Assembly (NCBI GenBank): GCA_049967655.1
Contig: JBMFSH010000001.1
Coordinates: 96,001-160,000, forward strand
Direction: 5' to 3'
Length of the DNA stretch: 64,000 nucleotides
Source: Acidobacteriota bacterium
Lineage (GTDB): Bacteria > Acidobacteriota > UBA4820 > DSQY01
The notes under the pieces are model-generated. The model worked only from the letters and a program-made list of their open reading frames with translations. It was not told the origin of the DNA and ran no database searches. The stretch's first letter is position 1. Each line of letters begins with the position of its first letter. This document shows, piece after piece, positions 1 through 8,558 of this stretch. The position numbers were made by a program, and so were the translations under genes.

Positions 1-84
1 ATCCAGTCGGGCGCCCATGACGAGCTTTCGGCGGTTCCGGGCTTCTACCAACGGATGGTCGAGTTGCAGGAGGTGGAGGAGTGA
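1..84 (+). CDS. 3' end of ABC exporter ATP-binding/permease subunit (partial, MdlA-like)
   Basis: Frame 1 reads IQSGAHDELSAVPGFYQRMVELQEVEE*, parallel to the C-terminal IVEQGTHAELLAAGGLYAHLYRTQ of the next gene; probably its heterodimer partner. Confidence 0.7.
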   Translation: MQSGAHDELSAVPGFYQRMVELQEVEE

Positions 85-110
85 GGGCAACGCCGACGAC
101 GGAAGAAAGG

Positions 111-242
111 AATTCGCCACGAAGGCACCAAGGCACGAAGGAATTGGGATGGCGAATTGAAAAGGGCAAACCACAGAGACACCGAGGCACAGAGGATTTG
201 GGGTTTGGGATTGGCGAACCCGCTCTTCCTCCACTCTCCACG
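111..242. repeat. Two copies of a short intergenic repeat plus heptamer runs
   Basis: CCACGAAGGCACCAAGGCACGAAGGA (117-142) and CCACAGAGACACCGAGGCACAGAGGA (171-196), each followed by ..GGAT(T)GGCGAA; AATTCGCCA/TGGCGAATT inverted pair (111-119/150-158); heptamers GATTTGG-GGTTTGG-GATTGGC. Confidence 0.65.
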
Positions 243-318
243 TCCAGCCCGAAAGATTTAGGATGAGAGGAAAGCCGCGGATGACGGTTCTTTCACTTTT
301 TACTTTTTCGCCCCGCTG

Positions 319-2388
319 ATGGCGATCCAGCGGGAGGAAGAAAGGCTTGGCGCGTTCACGCTGTTCCGGCATTTTCGCCGGATCATGGCGTACGTACGCG
401 GCCAGCGATGGCTGCTGGCGCTCTGTGTAGTCGGCTCCATGATTCTGGCCGGCCTGGAGCTCGCCCTTCCCCTGATCACCCGCCGGGCTATCGACTCCTA
501 TATCCTGCCTCCCTACCAGCTCGTGGAGCTCAAGGATCCGGCCCTCGCGCGGCGGCTGGCCTCGGTTCCCAGCTACACGCCCGAAGTGGGCGGCCGCCGG
601 GCCTTCGTGAAAACCACAGATCTGACCAAGGCCCAGCGGGAGGAGTTGGAGCTGCGTGGCCTCACCTCGAAGGAGCGGTACTACCGCCTTCCCTACGCCG
701 GCCGGGACCACGCAAGCCAGTTCTTGTCGGCCTCGTCGCTGGATCGCCTGCCCGCTCCCCAGCGAAGGCGCCTTCTGGGCCCCCAGCGGAGCGGCATCAC
801 CGGTTTGGCCTTCTGGTACCTGGCCCTGCTGATTGCCAACTTCCTTCTCAGCTACGGGGTGTCGGTGGGGCTGAACCGGCTGGGCCAGAGGGCGGTCCAG
901 CGCATGCGGGGCCAGCTCTTCTCGCACCTGCACCGCCTGCCCATCCGCTATTTCGACGAGAATCCGGTGGGGCGCCTGGTGACGCGGGTGAACAACGACA
1001 CGGCCACCCTTTCGGAACTGTTCACCGAGGTGGTGGCCACGGCCGTGAGCGACGTGGCCCTCTTCGCGGGGATCCTGGCCGTCCTCCTGAGCCTGGACGC
1101 GGGGCTCACGGAACACCTCCTCCTCCTGGCTCCGCCGCTCGTACTCCTGGCGCTCTGGTTCAAGGCCGCATCGCAGAAGATCTACCGGGAGATCCGGGTC
1201 CAGCTGGCCAAGATCAACACCTTCCTTCAGGAGGCCGTGCAGGGAATCACGGTCCTCAAGAGCTTCACCTTCGAGGGCAAGGCGTTTGACCGCTTCAACG
1301 ACCTCGGCGTGGCCTACTACAAGACCCAGATGCGTCTCATCTACATCTTCGCGGTGTTTCGCCCGCTCATCGACGCCTTCGCCACCTCCGCCGTGGCCAT
1401 CGTGGTCTGGACGGGGGGCGGTCAGGTGCTCCGCCAGCAGCTGAGCATCGGCACCATGGTGGCCTTCCTGCTCTACCTGCGGATGCTCTTCATGCCCCTT
1501 CAGGACCTGGCCGAAAAATTCAACATCGTGCAGAGCAGCGTGGTGGCGAGCGAGCGCCTCTTCAAAATCCTGGATACGGCCGCCGAGGACCCGGGCCTCG
1601 GACGATCGCCCGCCCAGCCTTGCGGAAGCATCCAGTTCCAGGACGTCAGCTTCGCCTACGAGGAGGGCCAGCCCGTCCTCGATCGGGTCACCTTCGAGGT
1701 CCCGTGCGGGAAGACGGTGGCGCTGGTGGGGGCCACCGGCTCGGGCAAGACCACCATCACCTCCCTTCTGCTCCGGTTTTACGATCTGCAGCCCGGGCAC
1801 GGCAGCATCCTCGTGGACTCGATCCCCATCCGGGACTGGGACGTACAAGAGCTACGGAGCCAGTTCGCCTTCGTCCAACAGGATCTCTTCCTCTTCGCCG
1901 GCAGCCTCCAGAACAACATCACCCTTTTCCGGGAGGTGCCACCAGAACGCCTGCGCGCGGCCCTGGAGGCAAGCCGGGCGCAGATGATCCTGGACAAGCT
2001 TCCCGACGGCCTCCGCCACAGGCTGAACGAGCGAGGCACCACGCTTTCCCAGGGCGAGCGTCAGCTGGTCTCCTTCGCCCGGGCCCTGGTGGCCGACCCG
2101 AGGATTCTGGTGCTGGACGAGGCCACGGCGAGCGTGGACAGCCAGACCGAGGCGCTGATCCAGCAGGCCCTGAAGGATCTACTGAAGGGGAGGACGGCCC
2201 TCGTGGTCGCCCACCGGCTTTCCACCGTCCAAGACGCCGACAAGATCCTCGTTCTCAAGAAGGGGCGGATCGTGGAGCAGGGGACCCACGCGGAACTGCT
2301 GGCCGCGGGCGGCCTCTACGCGCACCTCTATCGCACCCAGCTTTCCGGCGGGCGGAACCTTCCCCAGGTGGCCTTGCCGGGGGCGTAA
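319..2388 (+). CDS. ABC exporter, fused permease/ATP-binding subunit (MdlB/MsbA-like)
   Basis: TM helices, Walker A GATGSGKTT, signature LSQGERQ, Walker B ILVLDEATA, AHRLST. Confidence 0.93.
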   Translation: MAIQREEERLGAFTLFRHFRRIMAYVRGQRWLLALCVVGSMILAGLELALPLITRRAIDSYILPPYQLVELKDPALARRLASVPSYTPEVGGRRAFVKTTDLTKAQREELELRGLTSKERYYRLPYAGRDHASQFLSASSLDRLPAPQRRRLLGPQRSGITGLAFWYLALLIANFLLSYGVSVGLNRLGQRAVQRMRGQLFSHLHRLPIRYFDENPVGRLVTRVNNDTATLSELFTEVVATAVSDVALFAGILAVLLSLDAGLTEHLLLLAPPLVLLALWFKAASQKIYREIRVQLAKINTFLQEAVQGITVLKSFTFEGKAFDRFNDLGVAYYKTQMRLIYIFAVFRPLIDAFATSAVAIVVWTGGGQVLRQQLSIGTMVAFLLYLRMLFMPLQDLAEKFNIVQSSVVASERLFKILDTAAEDPGLGRSPAQPCGSIQFQDVSFAYEEGQPVLDRVTFEVPCGKTVALVGATGSGKTTITSLLLRFYDLQPGHGSILVDSIPIRDWDVQELRSQFAFVQQDLFLFAGSLQNNITLFREVPPERLRAALEASRAQMILDKLPDGLRHRLNERGTTLSQGERQLVSFARALVADPRILVLDEATASVDSQTEALIQQALKDLLKGRTALVVAHRLSTVQDADKILVLKKGRIVEQGTHAELLAAGGLYAHLYRTQLSGGRNLPQVALPGA

Positions 2389-2425
2389 GCGGGGGAGGTG
2401 GATGACGGGTGGAAAGATAAAGACT

Positions 2426-2507
2426 CACGCGAAGGCGCCAAGGCACGAAGGATTTCGGATTGGCGAATCCACTCGTCCCCGGCCCCCTCACCTTCCACCC
2501 TTCACCC
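2426..2507. repeat. Third copy of the intergenic repeat plus heptamer run
   Basis: CACGCGAAGGCGCCAAGGCACGAAGGATTTCGGATTGGCGAATCC matches 117-158 and 171-220; followed by CTCACCT-TCCACCC-TTCACCC (2487-2507). Confidence 0.65.
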
Positions 2508-2714
2508 CCGCCGATTGTGATAAGAGCGCTCCCCAGCGACCGTGCCTCGTTTCCTCCCTGGTCAATCATCCAGCGGAGCGGCATGGCATTGGTGGGGCCG
2601 GATGCGCTACCATGAATACGCTCGCCGATTCCCCGCCCACGGGTGGGAGAGGTACGTGGCCGGGCGGCTAACGGACTGGGCGTCAGGGGAAACGGGCCGG
2701 CAAGGAGGATAGAG

Positions 2715-3275
2715 ATGGACCGCATCGAGGGAGCGCTCGGAATCGAAATCGGCGGCGCCACCGCAGAACGGGTCGTGCTGGCCGCGTTTTTCCTGCTGGG
2801 CACCGTGCTCGGGGCCTACGTGTGGATTCCCCTTCCCTTCACTCCCGTTCCAGTTACCCTCCAGACGCTTTTCGTGCTTCTCGGCGGTGCCTGGCTGGGG
2901 CGAAACTGGGCCGCGGTGGTCCAGACCGCCTATCTGGCCGTGGGCGCCTCGGGGCTGGCCGTCTTTGCGGGGGCCGCGGCCGGGGCGTTCGTTCTCGCGG
3001 GACCGGATGCCGGCTACCTGTGGGGCTTCCTCCCAGCCTCCCTCCTGGTGGGGACGCTTTGGGGCAGGGCCGGCGGGCGCTTGGCCTCGCGCGTGGCCCT
3101 GCTGGCCGGTGCCGACCTCATTATCCTCCTGATGGGCGCCGCTTGGCTGGCCTTCGTATTGCACTTGGACCCAGCTCGCGCCTTCCTCATGGGGATTGCC
3201 CCCTTCGTCCCCGGCGAGGTTGTCAAGGTTCTGGCGGCCTCGGTGCTAGCGCCGCCAGGACGCCCGCGGGGCTGA
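2715..3275 (+). CDS. bioY: Biotin transporter BioY (ECF S-component)
   Basis: IPLPFTPVPVTLQT, GP-GYLWGF and PFVPGE motifs; ATG 2715 with AGGAGG RBS. Confidence 0.9.
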   Translation: MDRIEGALGIEIGGATAERVVLAAFFLLGTVLGAYVWIPLPFTPVPVTLQTLFVLLGGAWLGRNWAAVVQTAYLAVGASGLAVFAGAAAGAFVLAGPDAGYLWGFLPASLLVGTLWGRAGGRLASRVALLAGADLIILLMGAAWLAFVLHLDPARAFLMGIAPFVPGEVVKVLAASVLAPPGRPRG

Positions 3276-3475
3276 CCTTCCGCATCCCCGGAAGGGGCGG
3301 CTCCAGAAAACCGCTGCCCTCCCTGCTGTCCGCCTTGGGGTGGAGAGCGTGTTGTGCCCTCGTCCAACATCGAGAAAAATTCTGCCACCGCTGCCTCCAC
3401 CCCTTCCGGCCTCACGCGCCGCCATCGCCTCCGTTTCAGCGCCGCGGGAGTTTCCGGGTGGTTGTCATGATTGAC

Positions 3476-3504
3476 TTGACAGGAAGAAGGAAACCCATTA
3501 CATT
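3476..3504 (+). promoter_or_regulatory. Sigma-70-type promoter
   Basis: TTGACA-17 bp-TACATT, followed by AGGAGG RBS and ATG 3546. Confidence 0.7.
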
Positions 3505-3545
3505 CGAAGAAATAGGTAAGGGCCTATTCCTTAGGAGGAGAAAAG

Positions 3546-4175
3546 ATGACAACTATGCCGTACCGAATTCACATCCGCCACGGGGAGTTCGAACTGGACG
3601 TCGAAGGAGACCGCGGCTTTGTGGAGTCGTACATCGAAGCCTTCCTTGCCGAGGGCGGCATACCGGAGGTCCGGGCCGGAAAGCGCCCCAGGGCGGGCAA
3701 GCCCGAGGAGGAGAAAGCCGTCCCCCGCAAGCGGCCTATCCCCGAGGTGGACAAGGCCGCGCTGAAGTCCTTCATGGCAGGAAAGGAGCCCCGCAGCAAC
3801 AAGGAGCGATACCTGTATTACATCCAGTTCTGGCGGGAGGAGGGCGTGAACGAGGTGTCGGACGCCCACATCCATGCCTGTTTCATCGCCGATGGCCTTT
3901 CGATCCCTCCCACGGGGCGCCAGCACTTCAGCACCCTCAGGAATGAAGGGGTGCTCACGGCGGGGAGCACCCGTGGCCTCTGGAAGCTGAAGGTGCCGGC
4001 CGAAAAGGTCGACCAGAGCCCGGCAAGGAAAGCCGCTGCCGGAGGCAAGGCGGTGGCCAAGCCGAGGGCGAGTGCCGTTGAGGCCGCGGTCACAAAGAGG
4101 CCGAAGCGGAGGGGGCCGGCCCGCCGCAAGACCCCCAAAAGCGTGGCGGAGGTCATGGGCACCGAGGAACCGTAA
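3546..4175 (+). CDS. Hypothetical protein with possible winged-helix core and Lys/Arg/Ala-rich tail
   Basis: Strong RBS, GC3-biased codons, own promoter and terminator; basic C-terminus (RKAAAGGKAVAKPR...KRPKRRGPARRKTPK). Confidence 0.75.
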   Translation: MTTMPYRIHIRHGEFELDVEGDRGFVESYIEAFLAEGGIPEVRAGKRPRAGKPEEEKAVPRKRPIPEVDKAALKSFMAGKEPRSNKERYLYYIQFWREEGVNEVSDAHIHACFIADGLSIPPTGRQHFSTLRNEGVLTAGSTRGLWKLKVPAEKVDQSPARKAAAGGKAVAKPRASAVEAAVTKRPKRRGPARRKTPKSVAEVMGTEEP

Positions 4176-4198
4176 AAACGCTCCTCCGCTTCGAGCAG

Positions 4199-4227
4199 GA
4201 GGCCGTCCACCCGGGCGGCCTCTTTGT
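4199..4227 (+). terminator. Intrinsic terminator
   Basis: GAGGCCGTCC-accc-GGGCGGCCTC hairpin then TTTGT, 23 bp after the stop. Confidence 0.6.
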
Positions 4228-4557
4228 CTCCAGGGAGCTTCCACGGGCCATCTCCGCCGGCGAGAACGGATGGAGCGGTTGCCAAGAGGGATTCTAATCC
4301 CTCCGAGGAGCTGGCGGTTGGACGCGGACAATCCGCCGGCCACGGCACCCGAGCGATGACCCGCCACCCGGCTGCGGGACCCTCGGGAATCCGCCGGTTT
4401 CGCCGAGGACCCATCTCCCTCGCGAAGCCGGGTACGCCTCGCCGCGTGTGAAAGCCGTTTCGAAATGCGGTACGCTACGTGGCGTACGCCGGGTGCCGAC
4501 GGAGGGCGCGGATGGGCGCTCCGGGAGCAGCGGGGGCGGAGAGACCGAGGAGCCGCC

Positions 4558-5754
4558 ATGCCGAACAAGTTTCAGGGACTGGACTACTACCGGTTGGACG
4601 ACCTGCTGGACGACGGACAGAGGATGGTCCGCGACACGGTCCGCGGCTGGGTGGAGGAGCGGGTGCTCCCGATCATCGCGGGCCACTACCGCGAGGGTAC
4701 CTTCCCCCTGGCACTGGTGCCCGAGATGGCCGGCATGGGACTGCTGGGCGCCACCCTGCCCGAACGGTACGGTTGCGCAGGCCTTGACAATATAGCGGCC
4801 GGGCTGATCATGCAGGAGCTGGAGCGGGGAGATTCGGCCCTGCGCTCCTTTGCCTCGGTCCAGAGCTCGCTGGTCATGTATCCGATCTTCACCTACGGCT
4901 CCCAGGAGCAGAGGGACCGCTGGCTGCCCTCTCTGATGAAGGGAGAGTCCATCGGGTGCTACGGTCTGACCGAACCCGACGCGGGCAGCGACCCCTCCTC
5001 CATGAAGACCAGGGCGGTGCGGCGGGGAGACGAGTGGGTCCTGAACGGCTCCAAGATGTGGATCACCAACGGCACCATCGCCGACGTAGCCGTCGTGTGG
5101 GCCAAGACCGACGACGGCATCCAGGGGTTCCTCGTGGAAAAGGGGATGAAGGGGTTCTCGGCGCCGGAGATGAAGGGGAAGCTATCCCTCCGGGCATCGG
5201 TCACCTCGGAGCTGATCTTCGAGGAGGTGCTCGTGCCCGAGTCCAACCGCCTGCCGGGCGTGAAGGGCCTGCGGGGCCCCCTGTCCTGCCTCAACCAAGC
5301 CCGATACGGCATCGCCTGGGGAGCCGTGGGGGCTGCCATGGCCTGCTACGACGAGGCGCTCCGTTACGCGAGAGAGCGGATCATGTTCGAGGGGCCGATC
5401 GCGCGCTTCCAGTTGGTGCAGGACAAGCTCGTCTGGATGGTGAACGAGATCACCAAGGCCCAGCTGATGGTGTGGAGGCTCGGAGGCATGAAGGATGCCG
5501 GGACTCTCCGTCACCAGCAGGTGAGCCTGGCCAAGATGAACTGCGTGGCCATGGCTCGGGAGTGCGCCCGAATGGCGAGGGACATCGAAGGCGCCAACGG
5601 GATTCTGGACGAGTACGTGGCCATGCGGCACATGCAGAATTTGGAGAGCGTCTACACCTACGAGGGCACCCACGACATCCACAAGCTGGTGGTGGGGGCG
5701 GACGTGACTGGGTACGAGGCCTTCCGCGCTGATGCCCACCCGGTGAAAGAATGA
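4558..5754 (+). CDS. gcdH: Acyl-CoA dehydrogenase, glutaryl-CoA dehydrogenase-like
   Basis: ELERGDSALRSFASVQSSLVM, GLTEPDAGSDP, LNGSKMWITNG, ESVYTYEGTHDIH; ATG 4558 after GAGGAG. Confidence 0.85.
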   Translation: MPNKFQGLDYYRLDDLLDDGQRMVRDTVRGWVEERVLPIIAGHYREGTFPLALVPEMAGMGLLGATLPERYGCAGLDNIAAGLIMQELERGDSALRSFASVQSSLVMYPIFTYGSQEQRDRWLPSLMKGESIGCYGLTEPDAGSDPSSMKTRAVRRGDEWVLNGSKMWITNGTIADVAVVWAKTDDGIQGFLVEKGMKGFSAPEMKGKLSLRASVTSELIFEEVLVPESNRLPGVKGLRGPLSCLNQARYGIAWGAVGAAMACYDEALRYARERIMFEGPIARFQLVQDKLVWMVNEITKAQLMVWRLGGMKDAGTLRHQQVSLAKMNCVAMARECARMARDIEGANGILDEYVAMRHMQNLESVYTYEGTHDIHKLVVGADVTGYEAFRADAHPVKE

Positions 5755-5776
5755 CCGGCAAGTCCTGGAGGTAGCC

Positions 5777-6259
5777 ATGCGGCCGAGAAGGTGCCTGGGC
5801 AAGGAAGCGGGGCGGCCGGGGGCAGGTCTCCCATCCGTCACGCGGCCCTGGTCTGCCAGGTTTTTTGCCTCTGATCGGTGGCCCCTCCTGCTCCTGCTGG
5901 GCCTTGCGGTGTTGGCCGCGCTGGGTTCCTGCGAGGGCAAGTCCAGCTCTCCGCCCCCGGCGGCCTTCAATCCCGGGCCGCCTATCCGCAAGGCCTTTAT
6001 CGTCAGCCTGGAATCGGCGAACGATGCGATCCTCCAGTACCAGATCGATAACGGCCAGATTCCGCAAGGCAAGGGCATGGATGTGCTGCTCAAGGCCGGC
6101 ATCCGGTCCGTCCCTTCGATAGACCCGTGGGGCGGCAAGGTGCGCTACGAGGGGCGAGGCAACACCTACACGCTGAGTTCGGCGGGGCCCGACAGGCAGT
6201 GGGGCACCCAGGACGACATAGTCATCAAGAACGGCCACCTGGTCGCGAATCCGCCCTGA
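5777..6259 (+). CDS. GspG (T2SS-G)-like domain protein, probable lipoprotein
   Basis: DPWGGKVRY...YTLSSAGPDRQWGTQDDI is the GspG C-terminal signature; hydrophobic stretch then LGSC; start uncertain. Confidence 0.7.
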   Translation: MRPRRCLGKEAGRPGAGLPSVTRPWSARFFASDRWPLLLLLGLAVLAALGSCEGKSSSPPPAAFNPGPPIRKAFIVSLESANDAILQYQIDNGQIPQGKGMDVLLKAGIRSVPSIDPWGGKVRYEGRGNTYTLSSAGPDRQWGTQDDIVIKNGHLVANPP

Positions 6260-6410
6260 ACCCGCCTTCGCGACGCGTTGAGGGGGCGGGGTGGCGGCCC
6301 GCTGCGCGGGCGGCGCCGGTGGGCGGCGTTCAAGGCTGTGGTATAGTTCCACGGCGGAGGTCTACCCGCCGTGGGCCGGGTCATCCAGCGTATTGAGAGG
6401 AGAAGGTGCG

Positions 6411-7259
6411 ATGGACGTGAAACTGTTCGGAGTCGTCGGGGGCGGGACGATGGGCAACGGGATTGCGCACGCGGCGGCGGCCAGCGGATTCCAGGTCCTC
6501 CTGTGCGAGGTGGACCAAGCCCTGTGCGACAAGGCCCTGCGTACCATCGATAAGAACCTTCAGCGCGGCGTGGACAAGGGCAAGATGAGCCCGGAGCTGA
6601 AGGCCGAGGTCCTGGGCCGCATCAAGACCACCACCCGGCTGGAAGAGATGGCGGGAGCGGACATCGTGGTGGAGGCCGTGGTGGAGAACTTCGAGGTCAA
6701 GAGGGGCGTCTTCCAGAAGCTGGACGCCGTTCTGGGGCCGGCGGCCCTGCTGGCCAGCAACACCTCCTCCATCTCCATCACCAAGCTGGCGACGTGCACG
6801 AAGCGCCCCGGCAGGGTCATCGGCATGCACTTCATGAACCCCGTGCCGGTGATGCAGCTCGTGGAGGTGATCCGCGGCATCGCCACGGATGACGAGGTCC
6901 TTCGGGAGGTCATGTCACTGGCGAAGGTTATGGGCAAGACGCCCGTGGAGGTGAACGACTACCCCGGCTTTGTCAGCAACCGGGTGCTCATGCCCATGAT
7001 CAACGAGGCGATCTACTGCCTCATGGAGGGGGTGGGCACGCCGGAGGCCATCGACACGGTCATGAAGCTCGGCATGAACCACCCCATGGGGCCGCTGACC
7101 CTCGCGGACCTCATCGGGCTGGATACCTGCCTGTTCATCCTCAACGTGCTGCACGAGGGGCTCGGCGACCCCAAGTACCGCCCGTGCCCACTGCTAGTGA
7201 AGATGGTGGATGCCGGCTTCCTGGGCCGGAAGACGGGACGGGGATTCTATAAGTACTAG
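6411..7259 (+). CDS. hbd: 3-hydroxybutyryl-CoA dehydrogenase
   Basis: [48 protein letters not shown] 6411 with GAGGAG. Confidence 0.92.
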   Translation: MDVKLFGVVGGGTMGNGIAHAAAASGFQVLLCEVDQALCDKALRTIDKNLQRGVDKGKMSPELKAEVLGRIKTTTRLEEMAGADIVVEAVVENFEVKRGVFQKLDAVLGPAALLASNTSSISITKLATCTKRPGRVIGMHFMNPVPVMQLVEVIRGIATDDEVLREVMSLAKVMGKTPVEVNDYPGFVSNRVLMPMINEAIYCLMEGVGTPEAIDTVMKLGMNHPMGPLTLADLIGLDTCLFILNVLHEGLGDPKYRPCPLLVKMVDAGFLGRKTGRGFYKY

Positions 7260-7322
7260 GGCGGGGAGGCGGCGGAGGAATCGGGGAACGGCGGGTGTGT
7301 TCCTTGGACGCGGAGTAGAGCG

Positions 7323-8519
7323 ATGTTCTGCCAGCGCTGTGGGAAGAGAAACGAGCCGGACCTCGAGACGTGCAAGTACTGCAACGCACCGCTGCTCGTC
7401 CTGAAGCCGGACAGGGCCTCGGAGTCGGTGGACCTGCAGCCCTTCCTCGGCGTCGAGGATTACCTCATCGACAAGATCTCCACGGTGGCGCGCCAGGCCC
7501 ATCGGTCCTCCGAGGACGTGGACTTGCTCGTCCAGGCGGTGGACTTCCTCGAACGGAACGTCATGGTGAATCGGGCCGGCATCAACGTGCTGGTGAACAT
7601 GCTCCGAGAGCGCGGCCTGCTGGAGCCCAAGGAGTTCGACCGGCGGTGGCGCGACTGGACCCTCCGCAACCTGCGGGACCTCTACCGCAAGGAGCGCTTT
7701 CTGGATGCCAAGCCCCACATCCTGGCCACCTTCTCGGGCAAGAACCAGCGCCGCTTCGAGGAGCGCATCGGCCGGGCCGAGGATCTACTCTATTCGCTGC
7801 AATCCTCCAGAGCCCTGGAGGCCCTCGAGGAGGCCCAGGTCCTCGATCCCAACAACACGCCGCTCCTGGCCTATCTGGGCGAGGTCTACCTGGGACTCGG
7901 GCAGATCGAACGAGCCGAACGGTGCCTCTCCCGCGTCACCGGAAAAGCCGAGACCTCCGCGGCCGCCTTCGCCCACGCCGAACTGTGCGTGCGCCAAGGG
8001 CGCCTCGGGGAGGCCTCCAAGCGTTTGCAGGCGATCCTCAAGCTCCATCCGGAGGATCCCGAAGCCTGGACGCTGACGGCGCTGGTGAGGGCGCAGGAGG
8101 ATCGGTGGCCCGAGTGCCAGCGCTGCGCCCAGAAGGCGCTCGCGCTGGAGGACAACCCGGCCGCCATGTACCTCCTGGTGCAGGTTCACGTGCGGCGCGG
8201 CCGGGTCGCCAGCGCCGAGTCCCTCCTCGCGCAGCTGCTGGACGTGAGGCCCGATTCGGAGGAGGCCCTTCACCAGTTGGCCTTGCTCCACTTGGCGCGC
8301 GGATGGTGGGGCCGGGCCGGGGAGGTCTTGGACAGAATCAAGGAACTCAGGCCCTCCTTCGATGGGCATGAGCTGGTGGACCGGTTTCGCAGGGCCAGCG
8401 CCTCCCGCAGGAAGGAGATGCGCGTGCTTCCGGTGGTTCCGGAGCGCGTCCTGGAGCTGATGGATCGGGCATCGGAGGAGGCGAGCATGTACCTCCTGCA
8501 GGTGGGGGTCGAGGGGTGA
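7323..8519 (+). CDS. Zinc-ribbon plus TPR protein
   Basis: N-terminal CQRC-x10-CKYC; helical TPR-like repeats (LDPNNTPLLAYLGEVYLGLG, LHPEDPEAW). Confidence 0.75.
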   Translation: MFCQRCGKRNEPDLETCKYCNAPLLVLKPDRASESVDLQPFLGVEDYLIDKISTVARQAHRSSEDVDLLVQAVDFLERNVMVNRAGINVLVNMLRERGLLEPKEFDRRWRDWTLRNLRDLYRKERFLDAKPHILATFSGKNQRRFEERIGRAEDLLYSLQSSRALEALEEAQVLDPNNTPLLAYLGEVYLGLGQIERAERCLSRVTGKAETSAAAFAHAELCVRQGRLGEASKRLQAILKLHPEDPEAWTLTALVRAQEDRWPECQRCAQKALALEDNPAAMYLLVQVHVRRGRVASAESLLAQLLDVRPDSEEALHQLALLHLARGWWGRAGEVLDRIKELRPSFDGHELVDRFRRASASRRKEMRVLPVVPERVLELMDRASEEASMYLLQVGVEG

Positions 8520-8558
8520 GGACCCCTCCTCCAAAGACGGAGAGGAAGAGGTGAGTCC

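Noticed and set aside
111..220. CRISPR array
   Set aside because: Only 2-3 degenerate units, no regular repeat-spacer period, no cas genes; the same applies to 32020-32077
81..266. 61-aa ORF (and the similar 2402-2671 ORF)
   Set aside because: Translations of the intergenic repeats with no other support for coding
4228..4557. ncRNA or riboswitch upstream of gcdH
   Set aside because: Only short GC hairpins and no recognisable aptamer motif
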